A stretch of DNA of 64,000 nucleotides from positions 28,210,001 to 28,274,000 of the forward strand of contig NC_043005.1 of the NCBI RefSeq assembly GCF_006345805.1. The letters are read 5' to 3'. The position numbers and the translations under genes are program-made. This document shows, in pieces, positions 14,918-28,174 of the stretch. Below the pieces are notes generated by a model that had not been told where the DNA came from, searched no databases, and saw only the letters and a list, made by a program, of their open reading frames with translations. The stretch is from Octopus sinensis (Eukaryota). Position 1 is the stretch's first letter. Every line of letters starts with the position of its first letter.

Positions 14918-15166
14918 TGTTGTGTCTGGGGAGAGTCATTTTCTTTTTGTGCCTTATAATTTAACACACTCACTGGTAAAATTTCCACTTATATTCCTTA
15001 TTTTTATTTTCCTAAAATTTTCATTGCATATTGCAACCTTTTCAATAGTCAAGACTATTGAAAAGGTTGCAAGACGCAACGAAAATAAGGAATAAGTGGA
15101 AATTTTACCGGTGAGCGTGTTAAATTATAAGGCACAAAGAGAAAATGACTCTCCCCAGGCACAACA
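14918..15166. repeat. Foldback (palindromic) element, about 250 bp
   Basis: Centre caaccttttcaatagtc-aa-gactattgaaaaggttg. The ORF track shows mirror peptides (GESHFLFVPYNLT) on both strands. Confidence 0.9.
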
Positions 15167-15982
15167 GAATATGCTTCAACACACAAACTCACATAAAGAA
15201 TCATGTAATCCAAAAACGAAAGGAAATAATGAAATCTCAATGGAAAGCATAGCAGAAAAACATTGCATGTGTATGAAAGAAATATGATCCTATGCTATTA
15301 TGTTATGGTTACCGATAAAACCTGACAGCACAATACTAATGGTTGGCCACTAGAGATTCTCTTAGCTTGGCAGTCTCATGTCTTCATTCTTTTCCATTTA
15401 ACTTGGTTATAGTTGACCAGTGAACAGTCATATAGAACATCCGTCCCCCACCCTGGAAATTCATTCAAGAATATGGTTCATTATATGCAAAATATGTGTG
15501 TATGCTTGTATATGTCTATATTTTTTTACAAATTTTGTATTGGAATTGGTGAGCAATAATATATGTTACAGGTTTCCACCAATCAAATCACGTATTCATT
15601 GCATTTCTGGTTGTGAGAGCGACAAGGGAGTAGTTGTAATAAGCTGCAGAACAGATATTGCTCAGAATTTTGTTCAAAAGCACTGTTTTTCTTATCCTTT
15701 TTTCTTCCCCTGTGTTTCCATCCTTGGTGTGTGTGTGTGTGTGTGTGTGTGTTTGTGTGTACACGTGTGTGTACGTGTGTGCGTGCATAATTATGCATGT
15801 GGACATCTCTTATAATTCTATATTCTTTTGATGTTTTATCTTGTAATTGACTGTTCCTATTCCATTCCACCTACCCCTGGCTATACAACCACCATGGTAT
15901 TAAAGAAATATATTTGACAATATGAAATTAGCCAATTAGAAATAGCCAGTAGCTGGCCACAGCTGTACTGCATCAAACTTCT

Positions 15983-16023
<41 letters not shown>

Positions 16024-16124
16024 GCATTCATGTTGTTTTGTTTGTCTATTTGTCTTCATATCTATCCATATAATTCCCTAAGTATATATATCTAAATCTA
16101 TCTGTCAGTCTGTCTCTCTCCTGC

Positions 16125-16127
16125 CTC

Positions 16128-16179
<52 letters not shown>

Positions 16180-16370
16180 CCTATCTATCTATCCATCTAC
16201 CTATCTATCTATCCATCTACCTATCTATCTATCTATCTATCTACCTATCTATCTATCTATCTACTTATCTATCTATCTATCTGTCTATCTATCTATCTAC
16301 CTAGCTAGCTAGCTATCTGTCTGTCTGTCTCTTTCTCTCTCCCCCTCTCTCTCTCTCTCTTTATCCATCT
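16125..16370. repeat. (TCTA)n microsatellite; representative of many (TA)n, (CA)n, (GATA)n, (CAT)n and (CT)n tracts, e.g. 30695-30783, 39760-39990, 50640-50850
   Basis: Directly visible. Confidence 0.95.
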
Positions 16371-18394
16371 ATCTAATAATACCTACAAGCCTATTTCTAT
16401 TTCGCCAACCTATAAGCAACTCCCCACCCACCTGCCTCCATTACTACACAGCTCAGGAGCGTCAATAAAATCACAGACAAAAACATGACTCAGCAATCAG
16501 AGCAGTGAACTTTGGAGAGGTTCCACTACCAGCTTGCAGCACTTTCACTGATTCTACATTGGTGGGGAAGAATGGAGGATGGTTGTTCTAATGTGTGTGT
16601 GGGGAGGGTGATATGGAACTGGTGTTTTACTGGGTGTGAGTGTGTAAGGGTGTGTTTGTTGCGATGGGGAAATGATTGAATTGTAAGAGGTTATTAAATA
16701 GAGGGTATTTTACACTTTCCACACACATTTGAATGACTATGCATTACATCAACACATGCATATACACTCACACACTGGTAGTTGTATATAATCAGTTTAA
16801 TACAACGTGTGTAATTACTTTAATGTTATGTGTATTTGTAATCTCACTGAAATGTCTTATCTCATGACTACTTCGTTCTAAGTGAGGGTGTGTGGCATAA
16901 TGGTTAGGGTATTGCACTCATGGTCCTGACACAGTGGTTTCAGTTCCTGGACTAGGCGGTGTGTTGTGCTATTGAGCAAAACATGTCATTTCATGTTGCT
17001 CCAGTTCATTCAGATGTGAATGAGTAACCCGTTGATGGATTGGCTTCTCATTCAAAGGTGAATGTTCTGATCTCTGTCACTTAAATGTCATGGAAACTGG
17101 ATAACCAGCTGTATGAGTTCTGGGACTCAAGACAGTAATGCCAAGAGGTTGATGATGGTTCTGAGTTCAAATCCCAAACACCCACTCAATTTGACCACCT
17201 TTCATCCTTCTGGGGTTGATTTAATAAATACTTAAGAACTTGTTAAGGTGCAGGAGTGGCTGTGTGGAAAGAAGCTTGCTTACCAACCACATGGTTCCGG
17301 GTTCAGTTCCAATGCATGGCACTTTGGGCAAGTGTCTTCTACTATAGCCTTGGGCCAACCAAAGCCTTGTGAATGGATTTGGTAGACAAATTGAAAGAAG
17401 CCCATCGTGTATATGTGTGTGTGTGTGTGTGTCCAACATCGCTTGACAACCGATGCTGGCGTCCTCTTGACATAGCTGTTCAGCAAAAAAGAAACCAATA
17501 GAATAAGTACTAGGCTTACAAAGAATAAGCCCTGCGGTCAATTTGTTCAATTAAATGCGGTGCTCCAGCATGACCGCAGTTAAACAGCCGAAACAAGTAA
17601 AAGAATGAAGAATAACTAAAATTGGTAACATTAATTTGTAGTCTTGTGTGCATGTGTGTATGCGTGTATGTGCAAACACAGACATGTGCTCATACACACA
17701 GACACATATATACATGACAGGTTTCTATTAGTTTCCAGATCCACCGACAGTGCTTTGGTAAGGCGTTACACAGTGGGATTGAACCGGAAACCATGTGGTT
17801 GGGAAGCAAACTTCTTAACCACACAACCATGCCTGCACATTTTAATAAATTTAACTATAGTCCGAACTTGAAGTCATTGTCAGAAACCTTAATGATAATG
17901 AACCAAGTTTGGGTGTTATGTTTTGGCCCTTTCACTGCAAAAATCATTTGTATCCATTTAAAATATCACCGAAAACTGTTGAAGGTGGTTTTGTATACCA
18001 ATTTGTCCTTTGTAGAGGTATGTCATGTTAGAAACTGTCTTTTGTTGCTGAGGTATGTTATGGCTTTTATTATGAGGTATGACTCACAGAAAACACCAGG
18101 TCTATTTATTGTCGAATAATTAACATCGTTATGGAAATGACCATGAAATTTAATTACTTGGTGAAAGGGTTTAAATAACTTTAACTTTGGATTGAGGAAA
18201 CAATATCAGAAAGCTGTATAAAATTTATGCATCAAAATACAAGAAAGAAATTAAAAGATAATTATAAAATGTGGAATTTTCAGAGATGATGTTAATTATT
18301 GCCATCATCACCATCACCCTTGTTACCACCATCACTGCTATCATTGTCGTAGTTATTGGCAGAATCATTAGAATGTCAGACAAAATGCTTTGTA

Positions 18395-18676
18395 TTTTCT
18401 TTTTATAGTGTAGTGGTTAAGAGCACAGACTGCTAACCACAAGATTCTGAGTTCGATTCCAGGCAGTGACCTGAATATTAAAAATAATAATAACAACAAC
18501 AACATTGAAAAATACCTTAGGAATGAGGACCCAGGTTCGAACTTTCTCCAAGATACCTGATGAAGGCTGGAGGGTATATCAGCTGAAACATGTGTTAGCA
18601 ACAAACATGATGAGGACAAATATCTGTCAAATGTAAATAATGTACATAATTTCTCATCTCTTAAATATAGAACTGT
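18395..18676 (+). mobile_element. tRNA-headed SINE-like element with a Penelope-like/hammerhead-like tail, monomer
   Basis: A-box-like tagtgtagtggttaa and B-box gttcgattcc; (AAT/AAC)n linker; ctgatga...gaaac core; 13-bp flanking direct repeat aaaatgctttgta. Confidence 0.65.
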
Positions 18677-19930
18677 AAAATGCTTTGTAGTATTTGTTCT
18701 TAACATACTGAGTTCAATTCCCATTGAGGTCAACTTTGCCTGACATCTCTCTGGAATCAATGAAATAAAGTATCATTTAACTACCAAGACTGATGTAATT
18801 GTATTTTAGAAAGTTACATGGCAGAGGGATGGGGATCTATAAGTTATTAATGATTCCGTGAAGGGGATTGGTGATATATGAAATTTGCTAATCTTTTGAG
18901 TTAAGTGATCTAGTGAGTTAAGTACTTTTTCTAAGAAGAACAATTTATTGTGGACAGATATCCTGGTTGTGTTAGAAATAGTGTGCTGCGTCTTTTTTTG
19001 TGGTAATAATAGCTTAACGAGTCAATAAACAAAGATCAGTAAAATAAGCATCAGACAGAAATTAGTACAGAGGTTGATATGATTCATCAAAATCTTTGAG
19101 AATGGTGCTCTAGTATGGCCACAAAATTCTATGAATAAGACCAATTAAAGAAAGCTGTCTAGGTAAGATTTATCTCTCATTCATTTAACACTTGTAGAAA
19201 CTCAGATTTAATCTCTAACCCCTAACCCACCACTTCATTGTGACTTTGAAAATGATCAGCTTTAGCTTTATTGGTTGTAAGCCATTTGGCATTGGTCAAA
19301 GAACTGAAAGCACTTCAATCGGACAATGGACTTCTTCCTCTCCACCCACTTTCCCCTGAACATGTATAATTTATGACTATTGTTTCTATTTGTGGCTGTG
19401 TATAGTGTTTTATTTCCTTTGAAGATGACACTTGTTCTTTTCAATTCAGTTTGGCTTTAAAAAAAAAGCACGCATGCACGCGCAGAGAGAGAAAGAGAGA
19501 AATATTTATGTAATATAGAACTAGTGTGTGTATGTATGTGTCTGTGTGTTTGGATGTATAAATGAGAAAGTGTTCAATACATGTAGAGTTTATTCAGTCA
19601 TTTAAAGCCAAGCTTTCTCGTCTCTGGTATTCCTAGTTTCCGGTTTCTAGCACGTTCTTCGAGGCTGCCAATATACACCACCGACCCCCATCGCATGTTT
19701 TTTTACTTTATCAATATGTTCCTCTCAAAAAAATAAAAAGAAAAAGAAAGAAATAAATAATCCTCTCCCCTCCCCCCATCACCACCAAGTATTCCTCACT
19801 GGCTGAAGTTTCCCCTTCCTTTTCCATCTCCCTGCTCTCCACCTCTAATTCTACCATAGACCAGCAGCCGGTTCCCACTATGCATGTGTAGAGACAGATA
19901 CATAGGGTGAGCAGGGGTGGTGGATGGGAT

Positions 19931-19977
<47 letters not shown>

Positions 19978-20794
19978 TAGATAGATAGATAGATAGATAG
20001 AAGTGGGTGGGGGGAAATGGTATCCCTGTGACATTTGAGCTAGAGTTAAAGATAAATCCCAGTGACATCACCATATTTGTTGTACAACAGATGTCTCTCC
20101 ATCTTTTATCTTCTTTTTTACCTCATACTACTACTACTACAGTTTCTAATCTCCTGTTATTTTTCTTTCTCTGAATATGTCTGTCTGGCTCTCTCTCTCT
20201 CTCTCCTGTATAGGGGCGTCTGGCCATCTTCTCTCAGTTCTATTTCCTCTTTATCCATCTCTCTTTCAACTCTCCCACTCTTAATCCCTCCCTTCCTCTC
20301 CCTCTCTCCAGTTTTAATCCCAGTTTATCAAATCCCTTTCTGTTCCCCTCTCCCTCCCCTATTCTCCTACTTTTTTCTCAGTCTTTCTTCCTCGCCTCCC
20401 TACCTTATCTATCTGTCTGTCTCTTTCTTTCCATTCCTTTTCCCCCCTCTTTTGCTTCTTCCTCATTCATTCTTTCTCCCCTCCCCACTCAGCCTCCTCT
20501 CTATCACTTCCATTTCCTTAACTAAATCCCAACAATGTCAACTGATTGACTTCTGCTTCAATGTTTAGACACTCTCAACTTAATTAATTTGAAATAAGGG
20601 TTTCAATTGATTGAAATGAATTTTCCATCCTGTTTTTTCATTAAAGGTATTAATCTTTTCCCCCTCCTTGCACTGTGATCATGGTTATACTGACATTTTA
20701 AGTGAGATCTAACTTCCTTATGGACACCCCAATCATTCTTTCTATGTATGCATGTCTGTGTGTCACTATGTCTGTGTTTCTGAATGTATGTGCC

Positions 20795-20831
<37 letters not shown>

Positions 20832-23737
20832 CTAGCTGTGCGCCTCTCTATATTTGTGTGTGTATTTCTGAACGTAGGTGTCTGTCTCCACAGGTATTCT
20901 TTTTATGTGTGCATGCCTGTATATTTCTATAAGTAATTATGTATGTGTTTCTAATTGTTTGTATATATGGCATGGCTGTGTGGTAAGTAGCTTGCTCACC
21001 ATCCACATGGTTCCGGGTTCAGTCCCACTGCATGGCACCTTGGGCAAGTGTCTTCTACTATAGCCCCGTGCCGATCAAAGCCTTGGATTTGGTAGATGGA
21101 AACTGAAAGAAGCCCGTCATATATGTGTGTGTGTGTGTTTGTGTTTGTGTTTGTCTTCCACACCTATGTTGGTGTGTTTATGTCCCCGTAACTTAGCAGT
21201 TCAGCAAAAGAGACCGATAGAATAAGTACTGGGCTTACAAAGAATAAGTCCTGGGGTTCATTTGTTCGACTAAAGGCATTGCTCCAGTATGGCCACAGTC
21301 AAATGACTGAAACAAATAAAAGAATATGTATGTGCATCTATTCATTTATACATGTAAGTATATGCATTTGTTTTACTGTATGAGTGTGTTTGTGCAATAT
21401 GTGTGTCTGTGTGCATGTTTGTGCATTTATCTCTGTGTGTGTGTGTGCGCATGCATCCATTTGTGTCTGTATGTCTATACTTATATGTGTATGTTTGTGA
21501 GGGTGTATATGTATGCATGTGTATATATATATGCAAATAGCTACTCCCTTACTGAAACAAACCCCTATTAATTTCTCTCATAAGCTTCACTCGAATGGTA
21601 AAGGTAATAGAATGTCAGAAACAGCAAAATACCAGCCAAAATGCAATTTATCAGTGTTTACTTTTACTGCACAATATTCTCAGTTCAAATCCTGCAGGCT
21701 TCAAATTTACCCTTCAGCCTCATGAGGTTCAGTAAAACATGCTACATTGCAGAGGAAGGGAAACAGTCAAATTGATTCCAGCATTTCACTAAAGTTCTAT
21801 TAACTCACATATCACCACATCAACACAATTTGAAGCACTGTACAATTTGGAGCCTCATATGTATGTTAGGATAATGGACAACAATTAAAAAGTACTGGAG
21901 TCATTTTGACTGTGTTCTCAAATTTCTGGCTTTGTGTTACAAGGGTGAGTCAAAAATTAATGCCATTTTGTTTAGGACAGGTATAATTACCAACACAGGA
22001 ACATGTATCATACATCAAAATGATGTATGATACACAGCAAAGTGTCCACGTTAGGATTGAACCCAAAACCCCATTGTTTAGAAGCAAGCTTCTTAACCAC
22101 ATAGCTATGCCTACCCACATTATGTTAATGTAAACTTAAATTTGGTAACAAACACTTTGGATACTGACAGCTATTGAGAAGATTATTTTAAGTTCTTCAA
22201 CTTTTGAGAAAATACATTTTCCAGGGCATCTATCATCTTCATTCTCTCCATAAAATTATATTTTATCTAGCACTGGCAGCTAATAACTTTATATTCTTCC
22301 CTGAAACTATATCATACTGGAGAGTGAATGCTGTTGTATATTTCCCAAAAACATGTCTATTACAAGATAACTAATGTCTTTGATAATTCTTGTATTATCC
22401 CAAAGAACACCATCAATTATATGTTTGGATTTGATAAACGTTTCATGTGAAATTTTACACAAATATCATTAAATATTCTTAATATTGCATATATACAGCT
22501 AACGTCTTTGCTGTTTCAATATGTAGTTTTTCAAGGCCGCAAACTGCCAGAAACATTAGTACACCGGGTGAAATGCTTAGTGGTATTTCGTCTGTCTTTA
22601 CATTCTGAGTTCAAATTCCGCTGATGTTGACTTTGCCTTTCATCCTTTCAGAGTCAATAAATTAAGTACTATTTGTGTACTGGGGTCGATCTAATCGACT
22701 GACTCCCTCCCCCCAAATTTCGGGCCTTGTGCCTAGAGTAGAAAAGATTATGGTGCTTTTCTGTTACATCCGTACATCTCAAAGGTGATTACTTTTGCTG
22801 ATATTCTGGAACATCTGCTAATTGCTTTGCATGTGTCTTTTACTTTTCATTGGAACTTAGTGCCATAACTGCATCTTTTGTTTATTATACTTAGCACATC
22901 TTATTTTGATGATCATGCCACATTCTTCGAAGTTGTCGAAAAAGTGCTCCATTTTTTTTTGCCATGGATTGATGTAATTTTCCCTCTGTTCATAACATCA
23001 CTTTATTAAATCCAACTGTAATTTAAGACGTAGGAATTACCATTTTTATTGCAGTTTTTGTCAAGTAGGTCCAATTCAGTTCTTCACTCTTATGAAATAT
23101 TGGTCTTTGAATTTCTATTTGAGAACTTTGTTGTAGTAGTAGTAGTAGTGGTAGTAGTAGTAGTAGTAGTAGCAGTAGCAGCAGCAGCACTGCTGCTGCT
23201 CACTTTTCTCTCTGTTGTTCCTTGTGTAAGAAAGTAGATTCAAGAAACATTGATATTTGTTTTAAGTAAACTTCCACTATTTACCCTTTCAATACCACGT
23301 CTGTCCTAATATTGACCCTTACAATCTGTCCTGGTATTTATACCCTTATAGTTTCCCCTCAAAATGCCACATGTCACTCAAGTCAATATATGCATCATTT
23401 TCCTCATTCTCCACTCTCAATAAACATTGCTCTGTCAACAGCCATGTACAGATTCTTGGTTTTGCAAGGCTAATGGACATCTCATTTATCAGTAACCTTG
23501 TATCAATTAAATGTACCCCATCATACAACATAACCCTGTATCAAAAATCAGTGTGCCCCATATTACATGGGATATATTGATATTAAATGAAAATATACCC
23601 TATGTCACAAAGCCATGTAACACTGTACTTGGTAATAATGTACCCATGTAACATATCAGTGTAACTTTGTATCAGACATCAATGTATCCCCTGTTACACT
23701 ATAGTACAACCCTCCTATCAGACATGTACTCTATATC

Positions 23738-23951
23738 CAGGAGTATAGCAAGGGTAAATGGTGCCCAGAGCAAGCATCAAAATTGTACCCCCCACCCACC
23801 CAACCAAAAAGCAGAAACACGCATGAAAAAAATAACTGGGTTTTTTTTTTTTATGGATTAATTAGAAAATGATTTTGGTAAAATTGCCCCCCCCCCTCAA
23901 AGTGGTGCTCAGAGCATGTGCCCTGCTTTCCCCACCCTCGCTACATCCCTG
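23738..23951. mobile_element. hAT-type MITE
   Basis: TIR caggagtatagcaaggg / ccctcgctacatccctg; 8-bp TSD tctatatc / cctatatc. Confidence 0.65.
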
Positions 23952-25857
23952 CCTATATCAGATAATGTACCCTGTGACACACAGCTGTGTAACCCTATAT
24001 CTCATGTTACACAGCTACCTAAGCCTGCACTACACAGCTAGTAGTGTAATCCTTTATAAAATAACAGTATTTTATATGATATTAGGGACCGATATAAATC
24101 CATAAGCCAGGTTATATAAAATATGTGTCCACCCTTCTCATTAGTTGTCCATTAATATTCTCTTTTCCATTTGTTTTACAGTGAAGAGTTATCTGTTTGA
24201 ACAGAAATGCCTTTGAATAGATAATACATCTCAGATCAAAGTAGCCATATCTTTTACACTTCACCACTGTTATTCACTCTATCAAACATACTATCAATGC
24301 TGTTGTACTTTTAATGCATGTAGTGCTCTGTATGCCATAAATAACTGTTATCTATGTGTGTGTGTGCGTGCATGCATGCACATGTGTATAGACATATATC
24401 TTCAGAGATATGTTTGTATGTAAAAATATGCACGTATAAATGCTTGTATATTTAACCTGTGAAAAGGCATTTTCACTGCAGTTTGCCATGGAAAAAAAAT
24501 CTCACTTTAGGTTGTGTTAAAAACACCGAAGTTAGTTCAGAGCCCCTCCTTTGGATCGGTAGATGTATTTCTAGCTTCATTGTTGTCTTCCCTACCAGAC
24601 AGTAAGCGAGGCAACTATAAACTTGATTGAAAGACTCTACTTCCTTATAAGAAGAAATCAGAAGATATTATCCATTGAGGGCACATGTTGGCTGCCAGAA
24701 CAAAGTCTATGGGTTTGGCTTGAAACAGTTGTATATAATAAACAAACTTTGTTTGAAACCATTGCTGTGAGCCCCACCCATATATTGACTTTTAATTTCT
24801 TTATCTGATTTCATACCATCAACTTATTTGAGTTAGTTTTCTGTAACTCTTTTATATTTTTATTAGGTTACTGCAGGGGTGGGGATGGAGCTTAGTTGGC
24901 AAATCAGTGAAAGCATTTCTCTGCTGAATGTACCTTATCGCCATAATCCACCCAATCAGTATTATACTTTACCACCTTACCCATCATCACCATCTTCTTA
25001 ACCACTGGCAACGTATTATCTTAGCTACTACCACCACTGTCTTCTAAATCACTCAACACTACCACCATATCTTACCCACCACCACTACCACAGTAGCTAT
25101 TATATCTTTGTCACCTACCCCTGCCACCCAATTCACCCACATCTATCACCACTACCCTACCCTTTACATTATCACAATTACCCTCCACATTTCCTTTTAA
25201 TTCAATTTTATTCAATAATCTACAATCAAATTATAAGAATTGGCTTCTAATTTTGTCCCCTTTTGACTGACATCATCTGCTGTTTTAGGGTCTCTCTCTC
25301 TTACTTAACGGGGCCATATATAACATTATCTAATGTTTTAAGGTCTCCCTCCTTCCTCCCCCCTCATCTCTCATACATCACACAGTTCTCACTCTACCCC
25401 CATTATTTCTGATTTTGACAAGGATATGACATTATCTTCTACTGTTCTAGGATTTCTCTCTTACTTTACACACACACACACACAAACACACGCATGCATA
25501 CACACACTACTCAAACACTTTCTTGTCACTCACAAACACCTCTCCCCTTCTTTTCTCCTTTTCTCTCAAACACTTGATATTCAAAACTTAACAGGTGTGT
25601 GTATATGTGTGTGTGTGTTTGTATTCAAAGGGCCAGTTTCACACATACACACACACACACACATACACACACACACATTCTGACTCACCTCATTCTACCT
25701 GTGGATTACATTAAGGTTACACCATGTCTATGGGATGCACAGCTCAATTACATTACAATGCAATGAATAGGCTGTGAAATTAATCTCATACATACTTGCA
25801 TGCATGTATGCATACATACATACATACATACATGCATACATAATGTGTGTGTATATA

Positions 25858-26227
25858 CAGAGTGATTCAAAAGTCGCCATCCATAAGAACAATTTATCTT
25901 TTTATAAGAAACAGTTTATAAGAACAGTTTTTTTATTTAACAGGCTCTATATGGTTACCCTTGTTTTGATTAGACATTGCAATACGTTTACCCAACTCAT
26001 TGTGGACTCGTAATAGCACATCTGGTGATACGTGTGCAAATGAGTTGGTGATGCATTCCTTCAAATGATTTATGTCTTTTATCTTTCTGCGATACACCAT
26101 GCCTTTCAAATGTCCCCAAAGATAGAAACCAAGAGGGGTCAGATCAGGGAATCGAGGGGATCTTATAAACTGTTTCTTATAAAGAAAATAAATTTTTCCT
26201 TTGTATGGAGACTTTTGAATCACCCTG
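25858..26227 (-). mobile_element. Internally deleted Tc1/mariner element retaining the transposase C-terminus
   Basis: About 60-bp TIRs (cagagtgattcaaaagtc... / ...gacttttgaatcaccctg); TA on the left, CA on the right. Minus ORF contains 'SPRFPDLTPLGFYLWGHLKGMVY...GNHIEPV' (Tc1/mariner SPDL.P.D..LWG motif). Confidence 0.85.
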
Positions 26228-26835
26228 CATATATATATATATACATATATACACACACACAACACATACATTTGAAAGAATAACAGAAGGCAATAATTTT
26301 TTCAGATATCTGTGTCTCTTTCTCTCTGTCTGTGTCTGTCTATCTGTCTGTCTCTCTCTTTCTGTGTGTGTGTGTATGTATATATATATATAATTGATTA
26401 TTTTATTATATTACTAAGATACCTCAGTTTTCTACTGTTTGTATAACCTGTTTTGTGTGTGCGTGTGTATTTGTAGTGTTAGTGCTATACACAATACCAC
26501 TGTATGAAAGAGGTTAGCTGAAGGCACCAAACCTGCAGATTTAAGGATTAGACATATCAACAACAATGCTAGCCAGACCTCTTAAACATTCTCATAGCTC
26601 TGATATTGTTACTGTTGTTGTTGTTGTGGTAGTGATGGTGATGGTGGTGGTGGTTGCGTCACTGATGAAAGTGGGTTTCAGTGGTGATGGTGGTTTTGAT
26701 GATGATGGTGGTGGTGGTGGTGGTTGTGATGATGGCGATAGCCCATTTTCCTGTTCAAGGGTCACGTCACATCACTGACTCATAACATTTAAGCTGCACA
26801 CAGTTTTATATGTATTTTCTCTCTTTGTCTTCTCC

Positions 26836-26890
<55 letters not shown>

Positions 26891-28134
26891 TTAGTTTTCA
26901 AGTGTTTTCCTCCCACCCACTCTCTGGTTCCTACCTTTCTCCAGGAGAACACTCATCCTAATGTATTCCAGGAAGTGGACAGGCATGTCCACGCCCCCTC
27001 TTACCTGTTCAGGGTCAGTGATTTTAAGATTCTGTAGTTCTCTATTAAATAATTCAAACAAAACCGAATCAAGAGAAATAACTCAGAGTGGCCAGTGGCA
27101 AGGATTCAAACGACATGCACAAATACAGGTATATCAAATACCACACAACATAGATTCATGCTTCATTAAAACTATCTCTGCCTCTAGAGAATATATCATA
27201 ATTACCAAATAGCAGATGAGACCAGTTCCACTTGAAAAGGAGAGATAATTCCAAGAACCAAGAATTCTCTAAAAGTTGACATCCCATTAAGGAAAAGGAG
27301 AGGCTTATTGTTTGTAGGACAGACATAGAGACATGTTTCTACCTCAATAGACATCATCAGCATGCTATATACATAAATATATACGATGGGCTTCTACACA
27401 GTTTCCATCTACCAAATTCACTGACAAGGCATTGGTTAGCCTGGGGCTACAGTAGGAGACACTTGCCCAAGGTGTTATGCAGTGGAACTGAACCCGAAAC
27501 AATGGGATTGCAAAGCAAGCTTCTTAACCATACAGCCATGTATCTGTAATTTAAAAATGCAGCCTTGTCTGATTCTACTTGAGGGTTACATTAAGGGTAC
27601 ATGAGTCTGTGGAACACTCAACCACTTACAAGTTAATTCTAGAGCAGGTGATTCATTTGAGCTGTCAAACAACTGGATCCTCACCATTGAAATCAACAAA
27701 GATCCATCTCCTGTTTACTAACTTTTGAAGATAATTAAATAACTGCTGTGGTTTGGATATAATTGTCTATTTATGTAAAAAAAAAATGGATTCCTCTATC
27801 AGTTTTAAGGATTTGTACTCAGCTGTTGGATCAAGTGAACAAATTATTCATAAGATTAATAAGTAAGTCCGTAGCCACACTGTGGAATTGAATGCATCAC
27901 TTCACAATTGCAGAGCTAGTTTCTTAAGGTGCTTTGTGTGTGTGTGTTGTGTGTGTTTTACTAGGTTGTTATATCCTATCATACATGTGCCAGTGTCTGT
28001 GTCTGTTTTTGTATGTTGTATATATCATACTGTATCTTGATACTGTGTGATTGTCCTTCATTGAGATTATAGTTCTAGTAAGGGTTAAACTTGTTTAGGG
28101 AGTTTATAGTTTATGGAAGTTTTGTTGCATAGAC

Positions 28135-28174
<40 letters not shown>

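Noticed and set aside
15420-15815. 131-aa ORF with Cys residues
   Set aside because: No recognisable domain; runs into (TG)n; no convincing splice pair.
18406-18470. tRNA-like sequences (also SINE heads at about 17250, 20970, 58340)
   Set aside because: A/B boxes are present but there is no complete cloverleaf or acceptor stem; they are heads of repeated elements, not tRNA genes.
22004-22034. Perfect 14-bp hairpin tgtatcatacatca-aaa-tgatgtatgataca
   Set aside because: Short and adjacent to a mariner-like TIR fragment (about 21940-22020); most simply a deletion scar.
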